Origin: Planctomycetaceae bacterium UBA2671
GTDB lineage: Bacteria; Planctomycetota; Planctomycetia; Planctomycetales; Planctomycetaceae
NCBI GenBank assembly: GCA_002359185.1
Contig: DEML01000116.1
Coordinates: forward strand, 20,362-84,361
Length of the DNA: 64,000 nucleotides
Direction: 5' to 3'
Shown here: piece after piece, positions 19,001 to 28,997 of the stretch
Position numbering within the stretch: position 1 is the first letter of the stretch
How the letters are laid out: each line of letters opens with the position of its first letter
Translations under genes and position numbers: made by a program
The notes under the pieces: generated by a model
What the model was told of the DNA's origin: nothing
What the model saw: the letters and a program-made list of their open reading frames with translations, nothing else
Databases searched by the model: none

Positions 19001-22000
19001 TTAATTCACGCTTACACGTTTTGCTTCTTTGACATCTTCGATTGATTTGAGGATGTTTTCTCTCCATGTCCCCTGGAGTTTGTCGAGATTAGCTCGGTTT
19101 AGTGTTGTTAGTGCTTCATCATATTCACCACGCCGAGTCTGGACTCGAGCGATCCCCTGCAACGCAGCGTATTCATCTGCGCTACCGATCTGTTCTCTGC
19201 CGGCGACGATGGCATTAAATGCTTCCAGTGCTCCGTCTTCGTCACTGAGGTTATACTGCCGATTCAAGGCGAGCGTCAGTAAAATTGAATCACGTCTGCG
19301 AGGTTCGCTGATCCAAGCCAGCGCTTTGCTGAGATCCGCTTCGGCTTTGGCTCCTTCTTTGGTGATATTGTAGGCTCGCCCGCGTAAGTGGTAACCGTCG
19401 CCACGTTTCCAGAAGGGCCATTGAGTCAATTCTTCATTGGCGAACTGCGAGATCACTTCCGGTGCTTTGCCATGTGCAAGGAGGCTCTGCATCTGTGCGG
19501 TCTTTTTTACGGACTCGACGGGGATGCGCTGAATAATGGCATCGGCACTGGCTTTGTCTAGCATCGCGGCTTGTTCCAATGCTGCGGATTTCTGCAGATC
19601 AGTGATCTTCTCCCTCTCGGCGAGGGCGAGAAAAACATCGGCTTTGCGTTGCTTTGCAGCGTTAGAAAAGCCAATAGCGAAGTCGGTGACCTCGGAATCA
19701 AAGTCGAACTGATGCGACCGGCCGTCATAAAAGTGCGCGAACTTCATCGGTTCGTGGAATCCTGTTGTGCCCGTCGGAGAGAGCGCGCTGAGTTCCTGAC
19801 CGTTCTCACGAATGCGCTGACGGCAGAGGTTGATATGCCACGGAAGGCTTTGCGTGGGATGACGTCCGATGATCTGGTTCAGTGGATCGTTTTCGTCAGC
19901 GGTGACAGGGAAGCGAATCTCGACAGTCCAATGATCATCAGCGATGTGTGTTGCAACTTCGGCTTTCGAGTCCCAACCGAACCATTGCCCTTTGGCCGTC
20001 CCACGATCCAGGTCAACGATGTGACCGGCAGGACTGATGGCGATTTGATAATAGGAATGCGTTTCGGTAGCGAGTTCAATCTCGATCAGATCGCCATGCC
20101 AGATGGCCTGATCATCGTCACGTGTTGACGCGGAGACAGGTTTCTCATTGGGAAGTTCGTCGCAACGAAATGCGAAGTAGAGATTCCCACCCTGCCAGCC
20201 GGATTTGAATGATGTGCCAAATGTGGGGGTGCGACCGGTTTGTAACTCACGGAATTTGCCCGTGGCCGCGACAGGACATGTCTGCCAGTATTCTTCGTCA
20301 AGTTTGCCGTCGATGACGATGTCGTAAGCATCACCCACGAGTCGTACCCTGGGCACGGGACCACGCTTCTGGCCGAGTTGTTCAGACTTCATGCGCAAGC
20401 CGTTGAGGTAATCGTCGATGAGATCGATCCGTTTGCCATACACGCTCGCCGCGTCAGTTTTCGACTTCGCTTTCTCGAACAACGCGAGTGCTTCATCGGC
20501 CTTTGCCTTGTCCTCTTCCATCGCATTCCAATTTGCTTCGCAGTAGGTGAAGAAGGCTAACATCTCCTGTTCGGCAGGACCATAAAACAAGTGGCAATAT
20601 TCCCGCAGCATCGTGTCCACATCAGTGTCCTTGCCACCCCAGTACATACGGGCAGTGAAATAAACCATGAAATGATTGAATCCGATATTTCTCGTGGCAA
20701 AATTCTGAGCCGCACTGAGCCAGATATCTTCGCCAGCCGAGCTACCCTTGGTCGCATTGACGCTCTCGCCAATCGCGTGCGCGCTGTAGCTGGGTAGATA
20801 CCAGCCACGATCAGTGAAGGGATAGTTTTCAAAGTTCAGTAGTTGATTGTCAGTCTTCTTCTGCCATGCGGCTCGCAACACATCCGGTGAAGATTCTCCT
20901 TCGCCTTTCACACCCGATTTATTGACCGGACGCCGACCACCGACGATACATACCTGGACGTTGGGTTCGAGCTTCTCGATTTTCAGCGGTGGTAGAGTGT
21001 AGACGCCATACGCACAGTTCAGCACCTTTGCACGCGGATGTGTCTTCGCAATTTCCTTCGCTACGCGATTGACGAAATCCCACACGTGGTCGCTTAATAG
21101 ACCACGCTCATTTCGTTCGGGAGAGTCCTTGCCTTTGCACTTCTCGCACTGGCAGATCGAAGTGTAGCCGTCTGGAGGCATGATGGAGACGGTTTCAAAC
21201 TGATAGGTGTCAAGCAGCATTCGCGCCCAGCGCACGGTCTCGTGAAAAAGCTCGTCATTCGAGTAACAGACCTGGCACTTTGAGTTGCCGGGCTCATAGT
21301 CTGTCTTGCCGCCATAGATCGCGAACCAGTCAGGATGTGTGTCAAAAACTCCCTGATGGTTAGTCATTGTTGAGATGCCATGAGCAATCTGCAGACGCTC
21401 GTCATTGCGCAGACCAAGTCGCATGACCCACATGGAAGTTTCGGGGCCTGCAGTACTGAAGCGGAAGTTGAACTGCCGCAAAGAAAAATCGGGAAATACA
21501 GTTTCGTCGATCTGCGTAAGAGGAATTGTTTTCATTGAAGGAAGTACTTCGCCAAGTTCACCCGGCATGTACCATCTCGCACCAAGTTTCCTCAAGTAGC
21601 CGCAAACTGCGTTGAAACTCCCTCGTTCATCGAGCCCCCAGACTTCGAGCGTTTCCTTCGGCTCTGTGGGCATGCCATCGGGTTTACCGATGTTGCCAGG
21701 AAGCCGGAGGCGGTTTTTGTAGAGTCCGCGAGCAGGCATACCGTAGGGAGCGCCGATAATTTTCTCCCATTCGGCTTGAGCCCGAGGGATGTCGCCGTTG
21801 TTCTTCGCGAACGGTTCCCTGGGAGTGAAATCACTGTCATCACCCATAAGGGCCATCCAGTCCACTCCCGTTGAGATATGATAGGCACCGTACTTCAGGA
21901 CATCCGCCTTTACTGGATTGTTCGGACTCGTGCCGATGAATATCTTCACCATCTTTCCACTAGGCTCGGTGACAATGGGCAGTCGCGCACCGCTGATCTT

Positions 22001-22174
22001 TTCGATGTTTGTCTGAAACTCATGTGCAGCGACACGCTGCATGCGTGTGGGAGTCGCGGTAATGACGATTTCGGCTCGGGGCTGCCCATTTTCGACAATG
22101 TAGATGTCATCGGCATGGAGCAAGGCCAATGGCGTAAACAGCAGTAGGGCGAGGAAGGCGAGTATCGGTTTCAT
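19001..22174 (-). CDS. Secreted DUF4838-like protein with a CBM9/DOMON-like module and C-terminal TPR-like repeats
   Basis: 1057-aa ORF with signal peptide MKPILAFLALLLFTPLALLHA. The DUF4838-style opening is IVENGQPRAEIVI...AAHEFQTNIEKISGARLPIV, with HPDWFAIYGGK...CQVCYSN further in. The CBM9-like segment is IVIDGKLDEEYWQ...NLYFAFRCDE. The C-terminus is helical-repeat. Confidence 0.65.
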   Translation of the reverse strand: MKPILAFLALLLFTPLALLHADDIYIVENGQPRAEIVITATPTRMQRVAAHEFQTNIEKISGARLPIVTEPSGKMVKIFIGTSPNNPVKADVLKYGAYHISTGVDWMALMGDDSDFTPREPFAKNNGDIPRAQAEWEKIIGAPYGMPARGLYKNRLRLPGNIGKPDGMPTEPKETLEVWGLDERGSFNAVCGYLRKLGARWYMPGELGEVLPSMKTIPLTQIDETVFPDFSLRQFNFRFSTAGPETSMWVMRLGLRNDERLQIAHGISTMTNHQGVFDTHPDWFAIYGGKTDYEPGNSKCQVCYSNDELFHETVRWARMLLDTYQFETVSIMPPDGYTSICQCEKCKGKDSPERNERGLLSDHVWDFVNRVAKEIAKTHPRAKVLNCAYGVYTLPPLKIEKLEPNVQVCIVGGRRPVNKSGVKGEGESSPDVLRAAWQKKTDNQLLNFENYPFTDRGWYLPSYSAHAIGESVNATKGSSAGEDIWLSAAQNFATRNIGFNHFMVYFTARMYWGGKDTDVDTMLREYCHLFYGPAEQEMLAFFTYCEANWNAMEEDKAKADEALALFEKAKSKTDAASVYGKRIDLIDDYLNGLRMKSEQLGQKRGPVPRVRLVGDAYDIVIDGKLDEEYWQTCPVAATGKFRELQTGRTPTFGTSFKSGWQGGNLYFAFRCDELPNEKPVSASTRDDDQAIWHGDLIEIELATETHSYYQIAISPAGHIVDLDRGTAKGQWFGWDSKAEVATHIADDHWTVEIRFPVTADENDPLNQIIGRHPTQSLPWHINLCRQRIRENGQELSALSPTGTTGFHEPMKFAHFYDGRSHQFDFDSEVTDFAIGFSNAAKQRKADVFLALAEREKITDLQKSAALEQAAMLDKASADAIIQRIPVESVKKTAQMQSLLAHGKAPEVISQFANEELTQWPFWKRGDGYHLRGRAYNITKEGAKAEADLSKALAWISEPRRRDSILLTLALNRQYNLSDEDGALEAFNAIVAGREQIGSADEYAALQGIARVQTRRGEYDEALTTLNRANLDKLQGTWRENILKSIEDVKEAKRVSVN

Positions 22175-22907
22175 TGATGAGTCCTGTTCAGCGGTTACTT
22201 GTTCATCTTCATCGACTTATTTTGAATCGGACTCTCTTCGAGAGTTATTCGCTGTGGTTCTGAGAGATTGGTGAACTCAGGGCTATCGTATGTTCACATG
22301 GCTTGAAATCCTAGTGAAACGCCATTGAGGTTATTCAAATTCCATCCGGAGAGCAGGCTTTGGAATATTGAGTGAACCGGGAAAGTTGGTCGTTTTGAAA
22401 TCGTTGTTTTGAAAATTTCAGGGGAGGCAGAGTATTAATCAGTAAAAATTCCTCGTTGTTATCTAGCCGCTTTTGCAGTTCGCCCTTGCTGAGTGCTTTC
22501 GTTAGAATTCTTCTGCTCTTGAAATCTAATGCACCTTGGAGGGGGAAGCTAACAATTCAATTTGTCGTAATCGCTCCTCTGGAATATCTGCTCTGCCTCA
22601 CGTTATTGGGAGCTGAATCATTTGTTATCGAAATGTATGCGAGGTTACAGAACCTTGCACCTCATGTGACGTAAATTCAATTGATAATCGCTATGCTGTG
22701 GCAGTTCAGGCACGTGAAGAATTTTTTGCTGGGCATCTCTGCTTCATAGCATTTCAATGTACGACGCATGGAACAGCAGTTTTCCTTGTCTCAGGAAAAT
22801 GATCAGTTGTGTGAAACTACTGAACAGAAAAATCATGACTGGCCGACACTGTTTCGGATGCACGGCCGGGTGTGGTTCCAGCTGTCAGGGAAGTCTTGCG
22901 CACTCAG

Positions 22908-23753
22908 ATGAAAGTTCGAAATAACATGGATGAAAAGAATCGGTCTTCTGAGAGTCTGTGGAAGAAGCTGGGGCTGATAACAGTGATCGTTATTGCCGCT
23001 GCTGTCGGCTATTCCCAGTTTGGTGAAGCTCTCACGCTGGAAAATCTGGCGGCTCAAGAAGCTGAGTTGAAGGACTTTCAACAAAAGCATCCTCTCATGG
23101 TTTATGGTGTCGCCTTCGCGATTTACGTCGCGGTAACCGGATTGTCGCTTCCGGGTGCAGCTGTATTGACGTTGACTTGCGGTTGGTTCTTCGGACTTCC
23201 ACGCGGTTTTGTGTTGGTCAGCTTTGCCTCGACAACCGGGGCGACGGTCGCCTTTCTGGTGAGCCGATATCTTCTTCGGGAGCCAATCCAGAATCGATTT
23301 GGCGAGAGGTTAAAAACCTTCAATCAATCCCTGGAACGCGAAGGAGCCTTTTATCTGTTTATGCTCCGACTGATTCCTGCAGTCCCGTTTTTTGTCATCA
23401 ATGTCGTGATGGGCCTGACTCCAATACGAGCCAGGACCTTCTGGTGGGTGAGTCAACTGGGGATGCTCCCAGGGACGGCTGTGTATGTTTATGTAGGAGC
23501 CAGTGTCCCGGAACTGGCAACACTGGCTGAGCAAGGTGTGAGTGGAATTCTGTCTCCACAGTTAATGGTGGCGTTTGTGTTGCTAGGGGTGATGCCCCTG
23601 TTGTTGCGTAAACTCGTCAGATGGATTCGTCCCAACTCGACTCTCAAAATTGTTCAGGATGACAAAGATTCCATCGAGATTGATCGCGATACGAAATGCG
23701 CTGCGTCTGAAGTCGAGAATACGGATTCCCATCAGATACAAGGAACGTCATGA
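22908..23753 (+). CDS. TVP38/TMEM64 (DedA-related) family membrane protein
   Basis: ORF 22872..23753 starts at GTG; ATG candidates lie at 22908 and 22926. Family pattern: FGLPRGFVLVSFASTTGATVAFLVSRYL...FMLRLIPAVPFFVINVVMGLT. Confidence 0.8.
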   Translation: MKVRNNMDEKNRSSESLWKKLGLITVIVIAAAVGYSQFGEALTLENLAAQEAELKDFQQKHPLMVYGVAFAIYVAVTGLSLPGAAVLTLTCGWFFGLPRGFVLVSFASTTGATVAFLVSRYLLREPIQNRFGERLKTFNQSLEREGAFYLFMLRLIPAVPFFVINVVMGLTPIRARTFWWVSQLGMLPGTAVYVYVGASVPELATLAEQGVSGILSPQLMVAFVLLGVMPLLLRKLVRWIRPNSTLKIVQDDKDSIEIDRDTKCAASEVENTDSHQIQGTS

Positions 23754-25333
23754 TCAATGATGCCAACACAGCGGATACAGATCGAAGTCCATTGGCAATT
23801 TCAGGAGGTGAGATGTCGAACCATTCACCGCTCACACCCTATGATGAATACAATCGTAAACTCGAGTCGGATGTTCATCCATCGGACTGGATCAATCCTC
23901 AGCCGAGTGGTCGATACAACCTCGTGGTGATTGGTGCTGGAACGGCTGGTCTGGTCACAGCGGCCGGAGCGGCTGGTTTAGGAGCGAAGGTTGCTTTGAT
24001 TGAGCGAAGCCTGATGGGAGGGGATTGCCTCAATGTCGGTTGTGTCCCTTCCAAGTCGCTTATCAGTGCTGCACGAATTGCTCGAACGGTTCGCAGTGCA
24101 TATGAATTTGGAATAAGTATTCCCGATGGGACGAAGGCTGATTTCGCACGAGTCATGGAGAGGATGCGACGCTTACGATCCCAGATCAGTCCTAATGATT
24201 CCGCAGCCAGGTTTCGAGATCTGGGAGTGGATGTTTTTCTTGGTGAGGCACGGTTCAAAGGTTCGAATACGATTGAGGTTGGTGAGCAGACGCTTTCATT
24301 TCGAAAGGCAGTCATTGCAACTGGAGCACGGGCATCGGCTCCTTCAATTCCCGGATTACAGGACGTTCCGTATCTGACAAATGAAACTCTGTTTTCCCTG
24401 ACCGAGCTTCCACGTCGTTTCGGGGTGATTGGTGCAGGGCCGATCGGTTGCGAAATGGCGCAGGCTTTCTCGAATCTCGGTTCTGAAGTTCTGCTCGTTG
24501 AGGCAGAACACGGTGTTTTACCCATCGAAGATCCCGATGCGTCCGCAATTGTCGGTCGTTCTTTGCAGAACGATGGAGTCCAACTCCTTTGCTGTGGCAA
24601 GGAACTCAAACTCCGCAAGGAATCCGGTCAAATCTGGATGTCTGTCGAATCCCATGGAACACAGTATGACGAACCGGTCGATCAATTACTGGTCTCGGTT
24701 GGACGTGCTCCCAATGTGAACGGGTTGGGCCTGGAAACTCTCGGTGTTGACTTTGATACGAGAACCGGTGTGAAAGTTGACGATCGGTTGCGGACGACCA
24801 ATCCCAATATTTTCGCAGCGGGCGATGTCTGTTCACGCTACAAATTCACACATGCGGCTGACTTTATGGCCCGTATTGTCATTCAAAATTCCCTGTTCAT
24901 GGGACGTTCGAAGGCGAGTGCACTGACCATTCCCTGGTGCACTTACACATCGCCGGAAATCGCTCATGTCGGCTTATCGGAACGGGAGGCAAGCAAACAG
25001 GGAATCGCCATCGATACTTATCTCCAGCATTTTGCCGATGTTGATCGAGCAATCCTTTCAGGAGATACCGAGGGTTTCGTCAAAGTTCATACCCATAAAG
25101 GAACCGATCGGATCGCCGGGGCCACGATTGTTTCGCCGCACGCTGGCGAAATGATTTCGGAAATCACGCTCGCCATGACTCACGGCCTGGGCCTGAAAAA
25201 GATCGGATCGACTATTCACCCCTATCCCACCCAGACCGAAGCCATCCGCAAACTGGGAGATCAATATAATCGAACCCGACTCACTCCGTTCGTTAAATCT
25301 CTATTTCAGAAGTGGCTCGCGTGGACCCGCTGA
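23750..25333 (+). CDS. FAD-dependent pyridine nucleotide-disulfide oxidoreductase (MerA/Lpd-like class I, no MerA C-terminal Cys pair)
   Basis: The ATG at 23750 overlaps the TVP38 stop (ATGA). FAD site: VIGAGTAGLVTA. Redox disulfide: GGDCLNVGCVPSK. NAD site: VIGAGPIGCEMA. Dimerisation-domain motif: HPYPTQTEAI. Confidence 0.9.
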   Translation: MINDANTADTDRSPLAISGGEMSNHSPLTPYDEYNRKLESDVHPSDWINPQPSGRYNLVVIGAGTAGLVTAAGAAGLGAKVALIERSLMGGDCLNVGCVPSKSLISAARIARTVRSAYEFGISIPDGTKADFARVMERMRRLRSQISPNDSAARFRDLGVDVFLGEARFKGSNTIEVGEQTLSFRKAVIATGARASAPSIPGLQDVPYLTNETLFSLTELPRRFGVIGAGPIGCEMAQAFSNLGSEVLLVEAEHGVLPIEDPDASAIVGRSLQNDGVQLLCCGKELKLRKESGQIWMSVESHGTQYDEPVDQLLVSVGRAPNVNGLGLETLGVDFDTRTGVKVDDRLRTTNPNIFAAGDVCSRYKFTHAADFMARIVIQNSLFMGRSKASALTIPWCTYTSPEIAHVGLSEREASKQGIAIDTYLQHFADVDRAILSGDTEGFVKVHTHKGTDRIAGATIVSPHAGEMISEITLAMTHGLGLKKIGSTIHPYPTQTEAIRKLGDQYNRTRLTPFVKSLFQKWLAWTR

Positions 25334-25418
25334 GGAATTTGCATGAGGCTGACGTATTCAGATTTATCAAAAATGTGCGAAAGTCGAACTCAGATTTGCA
25401 AATCTTTAGATTTAAGCA

Positions 25419-26837
25419 TTATCTTCCCAACAGGGATTTGATCGACCAGCTTCGTTTTGCGTCAGGATTTTTGTATTCGCCGTTTTCTGCGACGGCCTTC
25501 ACGGCTTGTGCCAGCTGTTCATGATTTCGTAATGGAGCCAGATCCTCAAGTAGTCTGGCAGCATTTTGGTAGCGGAGCATCGGATTGGGAGCCGTCATTT
25601 TTTTGAGGACTTGTCGGACCTTGGGATTATCTTTGTGGCGAAATTTTACTTCCGGTAATCCCTGTTCATGTAATTTCTGGACAGCAGTCAGGTCTCGCAT
25701 TCCTGCCCCCGAGGGATAACCCTGTGCGTAAAACGGAGGGGCGTTGCTGACGTCCAGCAACTCAAACATCGTGCAGCCCAAAGCATAGAGGTCGACTATA
25801 CGATCGACACCAACCGAATCAAAAAACTGTTCGGGCGGTGCATAGTCAGGAGTTCCTCGAAAACAGTTTTCCCGTTTTGCATTTTCGATGTCATTGATGT
25901 TAAACGATTCGCTGATATTGTGGAAAACGCTGCTGTCGGCTTCGACATATTTTGCAATTCCAAAATCGATCACCCGTGCAAAACGATGACCATCTCCACC
26001 TCGCAACACCACCATCAGATTCTGAGGTTTGATGTCCCGATGGATGATGAAATTATGGAATCGCTGCATCGCTTCGGCGACCTGAGCAATCAGTTCGCAA
26101 ATCGCTCCCACGCTTAAACTTGCTCCCGATTGTTCCTGTAATTTTTCATGGAATTGCTTGAAGTTCAATCCATCAATAAATTCCAGACACAGAAAGACTC
26201 CGTTACGTGCACGACCGGAAACCCATCCTGCTTCATAAGCCTGAACACCCCACGGCTGGCCAATTTTATTGGTGATATTCACTTCGCGAAAAAAACGATC
26301 GGAAAGATCTTTTTGAGCTTGTTCAAAATCGAGGGAATGCCCATGTGTTGTAAATTGCTGATGCTGATAATTTTCAATATCGTGATGTCGGGCAATCTTG
26401 ATGATACAGGGATTCCAGACTCTCGAACCTTCATACAGGTAATATTTCCCTTTGTAAATATCACCCATGCCTCCGCTGGTCAGAAACTCTTCCACTTCTG
26501 TTTTGGGACTGATCTTTATCTGCGAGCTAAAGCATTTTTTAATGACATCGCGAAAGTTGGGATACTTGCTCGTATATTCCTGTTCGTCCTTCAGCTTGCC
26601 TTGATCCAGGTACTTCCTCACAACGCAGGACATCAACTGATAAAACACTTTTTCACGGTTGGTTTCATCAACAGGATCGTATTCCAGATAGACGATCAGA
26701 TCGTTTGCGCAATCGTTCTCGAGATCTCGAAAGAATCTCTGAAAACAGAGTGGGTACTGTTTCAAGTAGATCGACGAGACTCCCTGAGAAGATTTTGGGC
26801 TTCGATCATTTGATGCTTTATTAAATTCCATAGTCAT
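25419..26837 (-). CDS. Hanks-type Ser/Thr protein kinase
   Basis: 472-aa ORF with catalytic loop HRDIKPQNLMV, DFGIAKY and GTPDYAPPEQ. The roughly 120-aa N-terminal region is of unknown function. Confidence 0.85.
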   Translation of the reverse strand: MTMEFNKASNDRSPKSSQGVSSIYLKQYPLCFQRFFRDLENDCANDLIVYLEYDPVDETNREKVFYQLMSCVVRKYLDQGKLKDEQEYTSKYPNFRDVIKKCFSSQIKISPKTEVEEFLTSGGMGDIYKGKYYLYEGSRVWNPCIIKIARHHDIENYQHQQFTTHGHSLDFEQAQKDLSDRFFREVNITNKIGQPWGVQAYEAGWVSGRARNGVFLCLEFIDGLNFKQFHEKLQEQSGASLSVGAICELIAQVAEAMQRFHNFIIHRDIKPQNLMVVLRGGDGHRFARVIDFGIAKYVEADSSVFHNISESFNINDIENAKRENCFRGTPDYAPPEQFFDSVGVDRIVDLYALGCTMFELLDVSNAPPFYAQGYPSGAGMRDLTAVQKLHEQGLPEVKFRHKDNPKVRQVLKKMTAPNPMLRYQNAARLLEDLAPLRNHEQLAQAVKAVAENGEYKNPDAKRSWSIKSLLGR

Positions 26838-27227
26838 TTTCGATAGACAACTTTCAACAGTCTGTGTTGCTGCTTAGTATGGCTGGTTGTCGTCGGAACT
26901 CCAAAAAGTAGAGATGTTACGTCTGATCAATGCTGACTGATGGGACGTTAGATTTCTGATTTGTCGCAGATTTATTGAGCATCAAACAATTATAATTAAT
27001 TAGAAAATTTTCACCACATGCATTCATGCAATTCCAGTTGGATTGATGTCATGGGAAGGAGACCGAGGGCAAAGTTCAGATGTACGCAATTGCACTTCGG
27101 TGTTTGAGGCAAATCAGCTGGACAGTCAGAACGTCCAATGCAATTCGAGAAAGGGTAGGAGACCTGATAAAATTATACCCCTGCTCGCCTGCTGATTTTA
27201 CCGAGAGGATCATAGTGGTGAATGATT

Positions 27228-28781
27228 TTAGCGAAGAGACTTCAATTCATGCCGGATAATTAACAATGGGTGAGGACTGTCCCATTGCGGGCTGTTGATC
27301 AGATGAGTTTGCTGATTTTCAGGATGATCCAACTGTAGGGTAGGAAATGCCAGATTTGCGCGAATCGTCTGCAAAGCCATGAGCGATTGACTGTGTTGTT
27401 GAGAGTCAAAAGATTCTGTTTGCAGTTGTGAAAGTGCCAGAAAGTATTGTGTGGCCACATCCCAGCTTTGAATGGACTGCAGATGCTCCTGTTTCAGCAG
27501 ATCTGAGAGTACGTTTTTGCGAAGCTCAACAAGATTCTTCGGCTCTGAAAGATACTGTTGAATTCTCAGATCGAGTTGATCGGAAACCGAAGCAGAAAGT
27601 TCCAGCATCTGGTCTCGATGCTGCGGTTTCATCTGATCGACTTGCGTATTCAGCAATTCCAGTTTGCTCAGGGAATCGATGTCCGTATCCAGTCCAGTGG
27701 ACTCCAGGATGACGCGATCAAACAGTGAGTAAAATTCCGCGCGGGCAATGGAACCTTTTTTGGGGTCAGAAGCTGCTTGTCGCCAATTCGGGGCTGGTGA
27801 CTCTGAACGAGATAAATCATGATGGCATGAGTAACAGGAATACTCTGCAAGCTCGGGCCAAACGGCTTTCGAGTTTTCCAATCGCTGATGCAGAAGCTTC
27901 TGAACATGACTGGAACAAACCAATTGGCCAATCGCCCAGGAATTTAAGGCGTGATCAGCTGCTTGATTGGAGTTGATTCCATCGGATCTCTTTTTATCTC
28001 TCGCGATGTCCCAATGAGCAGCCTGCTGAGCATACAGATCCATATAAGATGTATACTCGAATAACAGCCTGGGGTGTCCGGCTGCAATCAAGTCATGGTT
28101 GACATCCCGACCTGCACTTCCAATATGACAACTCGCACACGTTTCTGCCCGAATGACTGTCGATTTGAGTTGTTTGAACCCCGTCTCATTCTTGCGGGAT
28201 ACATTCCAGAGTGAGGAATTCCAGGCATAGCTGCGGTGTGGTTCCAGCCATTTTACAGCTTGTCCATGACAGGCTTCGCAACTCACACCGTTGGAAACAA
28301 ATTCCAGATTCGTCTCGTTGGATATAGATTCAGAAATTTCATAACCACTCTGAGGAGCAGCGTGGCAATTGAGACAGACGGCTGATTTTTCCGCTGGCGA
28401 CTCCAGCTTTAGCTTTTCGGCGATTCTCTGGGAACGCTCGCTCGTTAATGTGCGGTAGGCTTGTGCGTGGGGATCATGTCGTTGCCAGATGGTATAAGAA
28501 AGCGAAGAAAGTGGAGCAGTTGATTTGAAACTGCCATGGCAATTTGAGGAAGAACAGGAGACAGCCCCTAAAAAGAGCAGGGGACCTTTGCTGAGATTTT
28601 CAGAAACGGATTGTTCGTCTGTTTCACTATTCATACCAGGCAGAGGATGAAAACTTGGTCCAGCGAAATCCTCAGCGATCAAAGTCTGACAAGCGGCGAA
28701 AATACAGGTGTTTAATACAATAAAAAAGAGTTGGTAATAAATCATCCCGACTTCAAGCCTCGGTTGTTGACCCGACTTCAT
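27228..28781 (-). CDS. Pentaheme c-type cytochrome, paralogue 3 (cytochrome c554-like family) with a non-heme helical C-terminal half
   Basis: ORF 27228..28886; the likely start is the ATG at 28781 (MKSGQQPRLEVGMIYYQLFFIVLNTCIFAA, a signal peptide) or at 28745. Heme motifs: CSSSNCH (CX4CH), CLNCH, CEACH, CASCH, CYSCH. The shared HDLIAAGHPRL box is present. Confidence 0.8.
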   Translation of the reverse strand: MKSGQQPRLEVGMIYYQLFFIVLNTCIFAACQTLIAEDFAGPSFHPLPGMNSETDEQSVSENLSKGPLLFLGAVSCSSSNCHGSFKSTAPLSSLSYTIWQRHDPHAQAYRTLTSERSQRIAEKLKLESPAEKSAVCLNCHAAPQSGYEISESISNETNLEFVSNGVSCEACHGQAVKWLEPHRSYAWNSSLWNVSRKNETGFKQLKSTVIRAETCASCHIGSAGRDVNHDLIAAGHPRLLFEYTSYMDLYAQQAAHWDIARDKKRSDGINSNQAADHALNSWAIGQLVCSSHVQKLLHQRLENSKAVWPELAEYSCYSCHHDLSRSESPAPNWRQAASDPKKGSIARAEFYSLFDRVILESTGLDTDIDSLSKLELLNTQVDQMKPQHRDQMLELSASVSDQLDLRIQQYLSEPKNLVELRKNVLSDLLKQEHLQSIQSWDVATQYFLALSQLQTESFDSQQHSQSLMALQTIRANLAFPTLQLDHPENQQTHLINSPQWDSPHPLLIIRHELKSLR

Positions 28782-28997
28782 TCTGAAGGTCTCTGCGCAG
28801 ATCTCTATCACATTCATCGAATTTTGAGTCATGAGCAGTATAGACAATACGGTAACTTGAACAGGTTTGCATGCATACGATTTCAATGACTGTCACAAGT
28901 CATAAGTTGCATGAATCTTCGTCCGTTTAACCAGTTTGCCTGATCGTCATGATTGTTAAATACCTGACTAAATTGCACTCGAACTCAGTTCAGTTGC

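Noticed and set aside
22175-22871. A ~700-bp gene-free region upstream of the TVP38 gene and the DUF4838 gene (possible ncRNA or riboswitch)
   Set aside because: I found no conserved-looking structure, repeats or known riboswitch motifs by eye. The only ORF there (22456..22674) is hydrophobic low-complexity sequence. I treat the region as a divergent promoter region.
25392-25405. Perfect 14-bp palindrome AGATTTGCAAATCT in the 85-bp gap between the convergent reductase and kinase genes
   Set aside because: It is too short, with essentially no loop, to be a convincing terminator hairpin. A single occurrence in an AT-rich spacer could be chance. It might be a dimeric regulator site, but nothing else supports that.
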